The notes: a model not told the origin generated them from the sequence alone. 64,000 nucleotides of DNA from an uncultured Thiothrix sp. (GCA_902595225.1 CACJPG010000001.1:3583-67582), one strand, 5' to 3'. Numbered from the stretch's first letter, positions 18,025 to 28,688 are shown. Made by a program: numbers and translations.

Positions 18025-20976
18025 ATGGCAACCAAGCAAGACAAAATTAGTTTTCACAAAGATAAATTTTCAGTAAATGCTAAAAAACTTCCAGCATTTG
18101 AAAATCACGAAAAACAAACTCATAAACATACCACATGCTATATGTGCGCTTGCCGTTGTGGAATAAAAGTTACGCTTGAGAACAATAAGATTAGATATAT
18201 CCAAGGAACACCAACGCATCCTGTAAATAAGGGTGTTTTATGTGCAAAAGGTAATGCTGGCATAATGAAGCAGATTTCTCCAGCTCGACTAAGGCAGCCA
18301 CTTTTGAGAAAACCTGGCTCGGAGAGAGGCACAAGTGAATTTATACCAATAAGTTGGGATGAAGCTCTTGATATGCTCACCGAAAAACTTGAGAAAATTA
18401 GGAAAACCGATCCAAAAAAACTTGCTTTCTTTACAGGTAGAGATCAAATGCAGGCTTTAACCGGACTATGGGCACAACAGTTTGGAACAGTTAATTGGGC
18501 TGCACACGGTGGATTCTGCTCGGTAAATATGGCAGCTGCCGGTCTTTATACAACAGGCTTTTCATTTTGGGAATTTGGGGATCCTGATTGGGATAAAACC
18601 AAATACTTTATGCTTTGGGGGGTTGCAGAAGATCATGCATCAAATCCAATTAAAATCGGTATTAATAAATTAAAAGAAAGGGGTGGAAAATTTGTTGCTA
18701 TTAACCCAGTTAGGACTGGCTACCAATCAGTTGCTGATGAGTGGGTGCCAATAAAACCTGGAACTGATGCTATGTTAGCTTTATCCCTTATACATGTCTT
18801 ACTTAAAAATGAATTATTTGATTGGGAATTTTTGGTTCGATATACAAACGCACATTATCTTGTTGTTGATACTCCAAGAGAGAAAGGTGATGGATTATTT
18901 TATAGAAACAAAGAAGGTGTTCCTCAATCTTGGGATTTAGAAAAAGAGACAACTGTAAATGCTACAGATGCAAAAATTAAACCAGCATTACTCGGAAGCT
19001 ACAAGACTAAAGATGGAACACCTGTTAAAACAGTTTTTACTTTGATGACTGAAAGATACTTAGACAATGAATACTCACCTGAAATGGCAAGCAAAATATG
19101 TGGTGTTCCTGCAAAACAAATCGAAAGAATAGCAAGAGAACTTGCCCACGTTGCTTTTAAGGAAACTATTGAAGTTGATACTGAGTGGACAGATTGGACA
19201 GGCAGAAAACACGATAAATTTATCGGCCGACCAGTTTCCATGCATGCTATGAGAGGAATCTCTGCTCACTCAAACGGTTTCCAAGCATGCAGATCAATTC
19301 ATTTCTTACAAGTTTTACTTGGATCAGTTGATTGCCCTGGAGGACATTTGGCCAAACCCCCTTATCCTAAACATGTGGCTCCACCAATAAAACCAGGAAA
19401 AAATATTGTACCAGGTGAGCCTTTAGAGAGTTTTCCTTTAGGTTTTCCTCAAGAGCCTGAGGATTTAGTTATTGATGATGATGGAAATCCTTTAAGAATT
19501 GATAAAGCTTATTCATGGGAAGCACCAATCGCAAACCATGGCTTGATGCATATGGCTATTACAAATGCTGTTGCAGGGGATCCATATGAAATTGATATGA
19601 TGATATTTTTCATGGCGAACATGGCATGGAATTCTACAATGAATACTTCAAAGATAAGAGAGTCACTGTGTGCAAAAAATAAAAATGGTGAGTACAAAAT
19701 TCCATTTTTAGTTGTATGCGATGCATTTGACTCAGAAACTGTGGGATATGCAGATTTAGTTATTCCGGATACGACATATTTAGAAAGATACGATACTATC
19801 TCAATACTAGATAGGCCTATTTCTGAACCTCATGCAATCTGTGACTCAATACGCTCACCTGTGCTTGAACCTGATAGAGACGTGAGACCTTGGCAAACCG
19901 TTTTAGTAGAGCTTGCAAGTAGATTAAAGTTTCCTGCATTCACGAAAAAAAATGGCGAAAGAAAATTTAAAGATTATAAAGACTTTATAATTAACTATGA
20001 GAAAGCACCTGGTATTGGTTTCCTTGCTGGATGGAGAGGTGAGAATGGTGAAAATAGTCTTAAAGGCAAACCTAATCAAAATCAGTGGGAAAAATATATT
20101 GAAAATAAATGTTTCTTTCAATATGAAATAGCTGATAGTCATAAGTATTTTCGCGGTGCAAATCAAGGCTATTTAGAATTTGCGAAAAAGGTCGGGTTCA
20201 ATACATCGTCGGAGCCTATAATTATTGAATTGTATTCTGAAAAGTTACAGAAATTTAGATTAGCTGGACTAGGTTTATATGATGGACCACAACCAAAAAG
20301 AGAAAGAGACCAATTTAGGATGTCTAGATTCTTTGATCCTTTGCCTGCTTATTATATTCCGCTAGAACATAGATGTACTTTTTCACAAAAATTTCCTTTC
20401 TATGCAATCACACAAAGACCAATGTTTATGTATCACTCGTGGGACTCTCAAAATGCTTGGCTGAGACAGCTCCAGGCGCATAATTATATGCATATGAATA
20501 AATCAAAAGCGGAAGAACTTGGTATAAAAGATTTGTCATGGGTTTGGGTTGAATCAAACACTGGTAAAATAAAAGTACAGGTTAAGCTTATGGAAGGGGT
20601 AGAAAGTGACACTCTATGGACTTGGAATGCTATTGGTAAGCAAAAAGGTAAGTGGGGTCTTGAGGACGATGCAAATGAATCTACAAAAGGTTTTTTACTC
20701 AATCATCTTATCAATGAGCATCTACCATGCGCTGATACTGGTAATCCTATAACAAACTCTGACCCTATTACTGGTCAAGCAGCTTGGTATGATCTAAAAG
20801 TAAATATTTACCCCGCGGCTGAAGATGAACAGTTTGGCGTTTATCCTAATTTTGAGAGAGCTAACAAAGTTCCTGGTGCTCCAGAGACAAGCAACGTTTT
20901 AAGATATAACACAAAAAAACCTGTAAAACTGTCTAGGTCCCTTAAAGATATTCTTACTAAAGGGGGTTTTGAATGA
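18025..20976 (+). CDS. soeA: Molybdopterin (bis-MGD) oxidoreductase catalytic subunit without a Tat signal; SoeA-like (sulfite dehydrogenase) candidate
   Basis: It is 983 aa. The N-terminal [4Fe-4S] motif is CYMCACRCG...LCAKG. The first 45 residues have no twin-arginine or hydrophobic leader. It is followed by a 4x[4Fe-4S] subunit and a DmsC-like subunit with an ATGA overlap. Size and architecture match SoeABC as I recall it. Confidence 0.6.
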   Translation: MATKQDKISFHKDKFSVNAKKLPAFENHEKQTHKHTTCYMCACRCGIKVTLENNKIRYIQGTPTHPVNKGVLCAKGNAGIMKQISPARLRQPLLRKPGSERGTSEFIPISWDEALDMLTEKLEKIRKTDPKKLAFFTGRDQMQALTGLWAQQFGTVNWAAHGGFCSVNMAAAGLYTTGFSFWEFGDPDWDKTKYFMLWGVAEDHASNPIKIGINKLKERGGKFVAINPVRTGYQSVADEWVPIKPGTDAMLALSLIHVLLKNELFDWEFLVRYTNAHYLVVDTPREKGDGLFYRNKEGVPQSWDLEKETTVNATDAKIKPALLGSYKTKDGTPVKTVFTLMTERYLDNEYSPEMASKICGVPAKQIERIARELAHVAFKETIEVDTEWTDWTGRKHDKFIGRPVSMHAMRGISAHSNGFQACRSIHFLQVLLGSVDCPGGHLAKPPYPKHVAPPIKPGKNIVPGEPLESFPLGFPQEPEDLVIDDDGNPLRIDKAYSWEAPIANHGLMHMAITNAVAGDPYEIDMMIFFMANMAWNSTMNTSKIRESLCAKNKNGEYKIPFLVVCDAFDSETVGYADLVIPDTTYLERYDTISILDRPISEPHAICDSIRSPVLEPDRDVRPWQTVLVELASRLKFPAFTKKNGERKFKDYKDFIINYEKAPGIGFLAGWRGENGENSLKGKPNQNQWEKYIENKCFFQYEIADSHKYFRGANQGYLEFAKKVGFNTSSEPIIIELYSEKLQKFRLAGLGLYDGPQPKRERDQFRMSRFFDPLPAYYIPLEHRCTFSQKFPFYAITQRPMFMYHSWDSQNAWLRQLQAHNYMHMNKSKAEELGIKDLSWVWVESNTGKIKVQVKLMEGVESDTLWTWNAIGKQKGKWGLEDDANESTKGFLLNHLINEHLPCADTGNPITNSDPITGQAAWYDLKVNIYPAAEDEQFGVYPNFERANKVPGAPETSNVLRYNTKKPVKLSRSLKDILTKGGFE

Positions 20977-21668
20977 GATTAGGTTTAGTTGTAGATTTAG
21001 ATAAATGCGTAGGTTGTAATGCCTGTGCTATTGCATGCAAGCAATGGAACACTTCTGGAACTTCTGGCTCACTAACAGACTATAGGCCTTATGGTCCAGA
21101 TCCAAGCGGAGTATTTTTTAATAGAATTCGACATTACGAGACAGGAAATTATCCTGAAAATAAAACAGTGCATTTCCCAATGTCATGTATGCATTGCGAA
21201 GAAGCTGCATGTGTTACTGTGTGCCCAACGGGCGCTTCGTATAAAAGAGAAGAAGATGGAATTGTTTTAGTTGATCCTGAAAAATGTATGGGATGTAACT
21301 ATTGTGCATGGGCATGCCCCTATGGTGCAAGGGAACTCGATCGCGAGGAAGGGATTATGAAAAAGTGCACGTTGTGCGTAGATAGAATATACGATGAAAA
21401 CTTACCTGAATCAGAAAGAAAGCCAGCATGTGTAATGACTTGTCCAACAACCGCAAGATATTTTGGTGATTTTGATGATCCCAACTCAGAAGTGTCGATA
21501 GTTTCAAAAGAAAGAGAGGGACAAGAGTTATTTTCTGAACTAGGCTATAAGCCAGTAAACAAATATTTATCACCACGTAAGAAAGTTGAGATAGAGCAAC
21601 ATGAAATAGTTGAGCCTGATCTTGTTAGAAAAGTTAAAGATTGGGTTAATAAAGTAGTTGAATTGTAA
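20973..21668 (+). CDS. soeB: Four-cluster [4Fe-4S] ferredoxin subunit (DmsB/PsrB family); SoeB-like
   Basis: Cys clusters are CVGCNACAIAC, CMHCEEAACVTVCP, CMGCNYCAWACP and CTLC..CVMTCP. The start overlaps the stop of the catalytic subunit. Confidence 0.7.
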   Translation: MRLGLVVDLDKCVGCNACAIACKQWNTSGTSGSLTDYRPYGPDPSGVFFNRIRHYETGNYPENKTVHFPMSCMHCEEAACVTVCPTGASYKREEDGIVLVDPEKCMGCNYCAWACPYGARELDREEGIMKKCTLCVDRIYDENLPESERKPACVMTCPTTARYFGDFDDPNSEVSIVSKEREGQELFSELGYKPVNKYLSPRKKVEIEQHEIVEPDLVRKVKDWVNKVVEL

Positions 21669-21685
21669 AAATAAGGTAATTATTA

Positions 21686-22639
21686 ATGCACCCAGCATTT
21701 TCAGTCATTTTTTTCACAGTTACGTCAGGAGCAGGATATGGCTTGATGGCACTACTTTGTCTTTTTAATTTTTTATACCTTGGTATGCTTTTTGATAAAA
21801 ATATTTTTTTAATTTTCTCTGGCATAAGTGCAGTTCTTTTTACAATGGGCTTGATATCCTCAACATTTCATCTTGCAAACCCAAAAAATGCTTGGAGAGC
21901 TTTCATGAGATTTAGAACATCATGGCTGGCGAGAGAGGGTTTACTAGCAATTTTATTCTACCCCACACTATTTTTATATTTACTTTTAATACATCTGGAT
22001 TTTTATAAAGATTATTTCCTTTTAATGCAAATATATAGTGTTTTTATCTTCTTTTTTGCAATCTTAATAATATATTGTACTGGTATGATTTATGCGTGTT
22101 TAAAAACTATTCCTCAATGGAACACACCATGGACACCTATAAATTATATAACTATAGGTATTTATTTAGGCGGTTTAATATTTTTCGCATTATTGAGTTT
22201 TAATGATTTTAATATTAATCCATATAAGCCGTTTGTATTAGCCTTGATTTTTGTTGCATTCATAGCAAAGTTTATTTATTACTTAAGTATAAAGGGCCCG
22301 CGACATGAAATCGGTCAAGCAACAAATGCGGCGATTAAACTTAAAAATACAAACGTAAGACTTCTGGATGTAGGCCATACTGGAGGTACTTTTTTAACTG
22401 ATGAATTTGGATACAAAGTAGCAGAGAAAAGATTAAGAAAAATAAAGTGGTTTTCTATTTTTTCAGGATTTTTTATACCTTTTTTCTTAATTTTTTCATA
22501 CAGCTATTTCTTTGAAAATATATTTTTATGCTTATTTGCTGTCTTACTTTCTTTTACTGGCATGATTGCTGAAAGATGGCTATTCTTTGCAGAAGCAAAA
22601 CATGTCGTTAATCTCTATCACGGAGCACAGAAGTGTTAA
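21686..22639 (+). CDS. soeC: DmsC/NrfD-type membrane anchor subunit; SoeC-like
   Basis: It is 317 aa with about 8 hydrophobic helices. The N-terminus MHPAFSVIFFTVTSGAGYG is typical of the DmsC-family anchors I remember. Confidence 0.62.
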   Translation: MHPAFSVIFFTVTSGAGYGLMALLCLFNFLYLGMLFDKNIFLIFSGISAVLFTMGLISSTFHLANPKNAWRAFMRFRTSWLAREGLLAILFYPTLFLYLLLIHLDFYKDYFLLMQIYSVFIFFFAILIIYCTGMIYACLKTIPQWNTPWTPINYITIGIYLGGLIFFALLSFNDFNINPYKPFVLALIFVAFIAKFIYYLSIKGPRHEIGQATNAAIKLKNTNVRLLDVGHTGGTFLTDEFGYKVAEKRLRKIKWFSIFSGFFIPFFLIFSYSYFFENIFLCLFAVLLSFTGMIAERWLFFAEAKHVVNLYHGAQKC

Positions 22640-22646
22640 AGTTTTT

Positions 22647-22712
22647 ATGAATTGGATATTTTATTATTACGGTATAGTATATATTATTATAATGTTGATA
22701 TATTTTTTATGA
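22647..22712 (+). CDS. Candidate 21-aa hydrophobic micro-protein (MNWIFYYYGIVYIIIMLIYFL)
   Basis: I translated this by hand. It starts 8 nt after the soeC-like stop, and its TGA overlaps the ATG of a paralogous second mini-ORF (ATGA). I saw no clear RBS. Confidence 0.35.
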   Translation: MNWIFYYYGIVYIIIMLIYFL

Positions 22713-22783
22713 GTTGGTTGATAATAATTTACGGTATCATTTACTTTGCTTTGTTTGCAAAAATGTTTTTTTTGTTAACTTAA
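22709..22783 (+). CDS. Candidate 24-aa hydrophobic micro-protein (MSWLIIIYGIIYFALFAKMFFLLT)
   Basis: I translated this by hand. It shares M-[NS]-W-[IL]-x3-Y-G-I-[VI]-Y with the preceding mini-ORF. Confidence 0.35.
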   Translation: MSWLIIIYGIIYFALFAKMFFLLT

Positions 22784-22815
22784 ACCTATATTAAAAAATT
22801 TAGTATTTATCTTTT

Positions 22816-23214
22816 ATGTTATATTTAAAATTATTTACGGTTTCTTTTTTTACTTTTTTAATCCTAGATGCAATATGGTTAGGATTTGTAGCAAGAAATT
22901 TTTATGCTAAGTATTTAGCTTTATATTTGACAGAAAACGTTATTTGGCTATCAGCAATAATTTTTTATATTATTTTCAATATTGGCCTATTAGTCTTTGT
23001 AATCTTGCCTTCCATAGAAAAAAACTCATATTCAGTACTTATTATTTATTCTCTATTATATGGAATTGTAACGTTTGCCACATATGACCTAACAAATTAT
23101 GCAACAATAAAAAATTGGCCCTTCATTGTAACAATTGTAGATATTTGTTGGGGAATGTTTGTTGCATTCGCATCATCTTCAATGGCCTTTTTATTTCATA
23201 AATATTTTGTATAA
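22816..23214 (+). CDS. DUF2177-like small membrane protein
   Basis: It is 132 aa with 4 helices. FLILDAIWLGFVARNFY resembles the DUF2177 N-terminal signature, from memory. Confidence 0.5.
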   Translation: MLYLKLFTVSFFTFLILDAIWLGFVARNFYAKYLALYLTENVIWLSAIIFYIIFNIGLLVFVILPSIEKNSYSVLIIYSLLYGIVTFATYDLTNYATIKNWPFIVTIVDICWGMFVAFASSSMAFLFHKYFV

Positions 23215-23293
23215 CCAAGTAATTCTATATTTTATCCTAAATTCTGCTTAATAAGCTCTTGCCAATGAGCTCATAAATAAGTATTATTTTTGT

Positions 23294-23620
23294 ATGAGAT
23301 ACTTATTATTACCCTTATTAATTATATCTTTTAGCACTTTTGCCTTAGACAGTAATTCTAAGGTAGAGAGCTCCTCTGTAAATTGCTTTGAAAGTGTAGG
23401 TAAGCAGAATTTAAGTCATTCTCGCAAAAGAAATTTCCCCACTTCAAACTATGTCAATTGTTTAGATAAATCTAAACAGATTGCAAAAGAAAAGAAAGTT
23501 ACAACCCCAGATAGACAAGTTAACATTGGTGCAGCTGTATTATTAAACCCAGTTGGCGCGGCTTATTGGTTAATAAACAAAGCCATCAATACAGGCGTTG
23601 ATAAAACAATTAATAAATAA
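23294..23620 (+). CDS. Small secreted hypothetical protein
   Basis: It has the signal peptide MRYLLLPLLIISFSTFA. I recognise no domain. Confidence 0.45.
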   Translation: MRYLLLPLLIISFSTFALDSNSKVESSSVNCFESVGKQNLSHSRKRNFPTSNYVNCLDKSKQIAKEKKVTTPDRQVNIGAAVLLNPVGAAYWLINKAINTGVDKTINK

Positions 23621-23656
23621 AAAAACGCGCTCAAAATTCTAACTTAAAAAATCAAT

Positions 23657-24376
23657 ATGATCGAAATTAAAAATTTATGTAAAAATTATGATGGCGTTAC
23701 AGTTGTTGATGATTTAAATTTAAAAATTAATAAAGGTGAGGTATTAGGTTTTCTCGGACCAAATGGTGCTGGCAAGTCAACAACAATGAAAATGGTTACT
23801 GGTTTTATTGAGCCATCCAGCGGTGAAGTAAATGTAAAAAATCTCACGATAAAAGAAAACCCTATGGAAGTTAAAAAATTAATTGGTTATTTGCCTGAGG
23901 GCGCTCCGCAATACGGAGAAATGATTGTTAAAGATTTCTTGTCATTTATTGCGAAAATTAGAGGCATTGAAAAAAATAAAATGAATGCAGCAATCACAAG
24001 TGTAATCGATAATCTGTCTTTACATGACGTTGTAAATAAAAGGTTAGAACATTTGTCAAAGGGTTTTAAAAGAAGAGTGGGTATTGCTCAAGCAATTATT
24101 CATGATCCAGAGATACTTATAATGGATGAGCCAACTGATGGTTTAGATCCAAATCAGAAATATGATGTTCGAGAATTAATTAAAAAAATATCAAAAAATA
24201 AAACTATTGTTATATCTACACATATTCTTGAGGAAGTTGAAGCAGTATGTACTAGAGCTGCAATTATATCGAAAGGTAAGCTTCTTTTTAATGATACTCC
24301 AAAAAAGCTTAAAGAATCTGGCGATGGAAACCTTGATGATATTTTTAGAACCATAACTATGGGGAGTTCAAGTTAA
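23657..24376 (+). CDS. ABC transporter ATP-binding protein (GldA-like, ABC-2 type)
   Basis: It has Walker A GPNGAGKST, the signature LSKGFKRR and Walker B ILIMDEP. Confidence 0.9.
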   Translation: MIEIKNLCKNYDGVTVVDDLNLKINKGEVLGFLGPNGAGKSTTMKMVTGFIEPSSGEVNVKNLTIKENPMEVKKLIGYLPEGAPQYGEMIVKDFLSFIAKIRGIEKNKMNAAITSVIDNLSLHDVVNKRLEHLSKGFKRRVGIAQAIIHDPEILIMDEPTDGLDPNQKYDVRELIKKISKNKTIVISTHILEEVEAVCTRAAIISKGKLLFNDTPKKLKESGDGNLDDIFRTITMGSSS

Positions 24377-25111
24377 ATGAATAATATCAGTATCATATTT
24401 AAACGTGAGCTTTCTTCATATTTTTCCACTCCAATAGCGTATGTGTTCTTAGTTATTTTTTTACTATTATCAGGTTCTCTAACATTCTATATGGGTGGTT
24501 TTTATGAAAGGGGTCAAGCTGACTTACTACCATTCTTTAGTTTTCATCCATGGTTATATTTATTTTTAGTACCAGCTATATCAATGAAACTCTGGGCAGA
24601 AGAGAGGAAATCAGGAACAATAGAGCTAATCCTTACTTTGCCTGTAAGTATAACAGAGGTTGTTATTGGTAAATTTTTAGCAGCATGGTTTTTTATTGTT
24701 TTAGCATTAGTCTTAACTTTCCCAATATGGATAACTGTTAACTATTTAGGCTCGCCAGATAATGGTGCAATTTTATCTGGATATTTGGGAAGCCTATTAA
24801 TGTCAGGAGGTTTTTTAGCAATCGGATCATGTATGTCGTCAATTACTCAGAATCAGGTAATTGCTTTTATTATTTCGGTTGTTGTATGTTTCATTTTTTT
24901 ACTTAGTGGAACAAACTTAGTTTTAGATTTTTTTAATACATGGCTGCCTCAAGGTGCAGTTGACGCTATTGCATCACTAAGTTTTCTATCGCATTTTTCA
25001 TCGTTAAGCAAAGGTGTAATAGATATAAGAGATTTTATATATTATTTTTCTTTAATTGGAATATGGCTTTATATAAATATTGAATTAGTAAATATGAAGA
25101 AGGGTGGTTGA
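24377..25111 (+). CDS. ABC-2 type permease (GldF-like)
   Basis: It is 244 aa with 6 TM helices. It starts at the base after the ATPase stop codon. Confidence 0.8.
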   Translation: MNNISIIFKRELSSYFSTPIAYVFLVIFLLLSGSLTFYMGGFYERGQADLLPFFSFHPWLYLFLVPAISMKLWAEERKSGTIELILTLPVSITEVVIGKFLAAWFFIVLALVLTFPIWITVNYLGSPDNGAILSGYLGSLLMSGGFLAIGSCMSSITQNQVIAFIISVVVCFIFLLSGTNLVLDFFNTWLPQGAVDAIASLSFLSHFSSLSKGVIDIRDFIYYFSLIGIWLYINIELVNMKKGG

Positions 25112-26867
25112 TTTGCTTTCAGAAAAAAATAAATCAAAAATTCAAATATTCCTAATTATTATTGGGTTTTTACTTTTTATTATGCTTTCAAATAATCTCT
25201 TTAAGGGGTTTCGTTTTGATTTAACAGAAAACAAATTATATACGCTTGGTGAAGGCACATATAACATAATTAATAAAATAGAAGACAATCTTGTTTTAAA
25301 TTACTATTTTTCAGATAGCTTAACCCAAGAGGATAATTATCTAAGAGCTTACTCAAAGAGAATTAAAGAATTATTAGAAGAATACGAGTTAAGATCAAAA
25401 GGGAAAATTAAACTAAATATTATTGATCCAATTCCTTTTTCTGATGCAGAAGATGACGCAATGAAGTATGGTCTTCAAGGTGTTCCTTCAAAAACTCAAG
25501 GTGAGAATATATTTTTTGGCTTAGTTGCATCAAATAGATATGATAGTTACGAGGTTATAAAGTTTTTTGATCCTGGTAAAGAAGCGTTTATTGAATATGA
25601 AATTACAAAAATTGTTTATAGTTTATTAGGTTTGAAAAAACCGAAAGTAGGAGTGATTACACCTCTACCGATGTTTGGCGGTTATAATTTTACAAAAAAT
25701 GAGCCAACTCCTGAATGGGCACTCATACAACAATTAAAGCCACTTTTTGATGTAACTTTGGTAGATAAGAAAACGAAAACATTTGATAATTTTGACATAC
25801 TTCTTTTAGTTCACCCTAAAAAATTATCATCAGATGATAAAAAGAATATACTTAATTTTTATGAAAATAAGGGTAAAGTAATGGTTCTTTATGATGTTTA
25901 TTCGGAAGCTGATCCCGAATTCCAAGATCCCAGCTTGCCTCCTAAAGGCGGAGGTATACAAGCCTCAGATTTTCAAGAACTTTTGGATAAGATAGGGATT
26001 AGAATAAACCAAGCAAAAGTATTAATTGATAGAAAATATGCAATCCCGGTAACCTCTGCAAGTTCGGAAAGACCCATTAAGCATGCTGCAATTTTAAGTT
26101 TTCCAAAAAAAGCATTTAACCAAGATAACAACATTACAAGTAAGCTTAATTCTGTGACGTCTGCATTTTCAGGGACAATTGAAAATACAAGCGTTGAAAA
26201 TAAGTTTATATCATTAATCTCATCTAGCGATGATTCATCAATCACAGAAAGAAATGTTTTTAGGTACTTGCCAGACCCTACAATCCTGCTTGACAACTTC
26301 GAGCCAAATTCCAAAATAAACACATATGCAGCGTTAATAGAAAATAATGAGAAACAAGCTATTGTTGTTGCTGACTCAGATTTAACAGCAAACTATTTAT
26401 GGGTAAGAGTGCAAGATTTTTATGGCGAGCAAGTTTTAGTTCCATGGGCAAGTAATGGTGATTTTATAATTAATTCTCTTGACTATCTGTCAGGTGGGAA
26501 CACTCTTGCAAGTATTACAAATAGAGAATCATTTTCTAGACCTTTTCAAGTTGTAGATGACCTAAAGCTCGCTGCTGAGAATAAATTTCGTGTAGAAGAA
26601 GATAGGCTACAAAAAAAGCTAGCTTTGCTCCAGAGTAAATTCGAAGGGAGTGAGTTAACTGATAAAAATAGCGCTGAATATGATTTATTTCAGCAAGATT
26701 TATTGAAAGTTAGGAAAGAACTTAGAGATGTTAGGCGAAATTTAAATAAGGATATAGATAATCTTGGTTCTACTTTAAAATTTATAAATATCTTTTTAAT
26801 GCCAATAATACTAAGTATTTTTATCATATTATTTGCTTACTTTAGAAAAAAACAAAATTCTCAATGA
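25104..26867 (+). CDS. GldG-like ABC transport auxiliary component
   Basis: It is 587 aa with N- and C-terminal TM anchors and a large extracytoplasmic domain. It overlaps the permease stop. The architecture matches GldG-family proteins. Confidence 0.7.
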   Translation: MVDLLSEKNKSKIQIFLIIIGFLLFIMLSNNLFKGFRFDLTENKLYTLGEGTYNIINKIEDNLVLNYYFSDSLTQEDNYLRAYSKRIKELLEEYELRSKGKIKLNIIDPIPFSDAEDDAMKYGLQGVPSKTQGENIFFGLVASNRYDSYEVIKFFDPGKEAFIEYEITKIVYSLLGLKKPKVGVITPLPMFGGYNFTKNEPTPEWALIQQLKPLFDVTLVDKKTKTFDNFDILLLVHPKKLSSDDKKNILNFYENKGKVMVLYDVYSEADPEFQDPSLPPKGGGIQASDFQELLDKIGIRINQAKVLIDRKYAIPVTSASSERPIKHAAILSFPKKAFNQDNNITSKLNSVTSAFSGTIENTSVENKFISLISSSDDSSITERNVFRYLPDPTILLDNFEPNSKINTYAALIENNEKQAIVVADSDLTANYLWVRVQDFYGEQVLVPWASNGDFIINSLDYLSGGNTLASITNRESFSRPFQVVDDLKLAAENKFRVEEDRLQKKLALLQSKFEGSELTDKNSAEYDLFQQDLLKVRKELRDVRRNLNKDIDNLGSTLKFINIFLMPIILSIFIILFAYFRKKQNSQ

Positions 26868-27739
26868 GAAAGATATTCATATTAATTGTCATTATTATAA
26901 TATTTATTTTAGTGAATATTTTATTTAATAATAAAAATACTTATCATGAAAAATCTACTCAACCTTTAGCAGAATTATTAAATTTAAAAATACAGGATAT
27001 AACATCATTTATCATATCCAATAATGATAAAATCGTGTTATCAAGACCTTCCGGTGAAGTATGTATTAGAATCGAATCTATAAACTATTGTGCAGACAGT
27101 ACAAAAGTTAGCATATTAAAAAAATTTTTAAATAATAATATAAAAGATACATATGATAAAACCGAGGAAAATCTTCTGAGATTAGGATTTAAAAAAGAAA
27201 TTATTCCTTCGATAATAATTAATAATGAGAAAACTTTATTCTTCGGAAATTTAAATAAATATAATGAAATATATGTCCTCCAAGGAAATAAAATTTATAA
27301 AACTTTATTTTATGAGGGAATACTTGAGACCACTACAAGATCTTGGCTCGATAAGTCAACTCCTTTAATACCTCTTACAGATACTGATGAATTTGATATT
27401 AAGATTATTAAATATATATATACGAATTCAAAACTCATTGATGAAAGAACATGCGCTAGTATGAAACATAAAGAAATAGTGCTGACCACAAAGCATTCTG
27501 CTTTGAGAAATTCTTTTATAGATTTATATCCTTCAGATGCTACTAGAGGCGGTTATCCATATTCAAAAGATGATGAATCCTATATGATCCTTCTTACAAG
27601 TTCAAACAGAGATAATTCAAGTACTATTTCGATATATCAAGAAGAACATTTAACATACGGAATAATTGATCAGAGCGATTTGAGATTTGTTATACCAAAC
27701 TCTGTATATAACAATGTTAAAAGTTATTGTAAAAAATAA
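26864..27739 (+). CDS. DUF4340-like protein (N-terminal anchor), the usual fourth gene of GldAFG-type ABC clusters
   Basis: It is 291 aa with the TM anchor IFILIVIIIIFILVNILF and overlaps the GldG-like stop by 4 nt. The family call rests on context and memory. Confidence 0.5.
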   Translation: MRKIFILIVIIIIFILVNILFNNKNTYHEKSTQPLAELLNLKIQDITSFIISNNDKIVLSRPSGEVCIRIESINYCADSTKVSILKKFLNNNIKDTYDKTEENLLRLGFKKEIIPSIIINNEKTLFFGNLNKYNEIYVLQGNKIYKTLFYEGILETTTRSWLDKSTPLIPLTDTDEFDIKIIKYIYTNSKLIDERTCASMKHKEIVLTTKHSALRNSFIDLYPSDATRGGYPYSKDDESYMILLTSSNRDNSSTISIYQEEHLTYGIIDQSDLRFVIPNSVYNNVKSYCKK

Positions 27740-27740
27740 T

Positions 27741-28688
<948 letters not shown>

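Noticed and set aside
10323-22815. I considered whether the accessory block after tRNA-Leu is a classical integrated island with att repeats.
   Set aside because: I found no direct repeat of the tRNA-Leu 3' end, no integrase and no mobility genes. Plasticity remains possible, but an intact island is unsupported.
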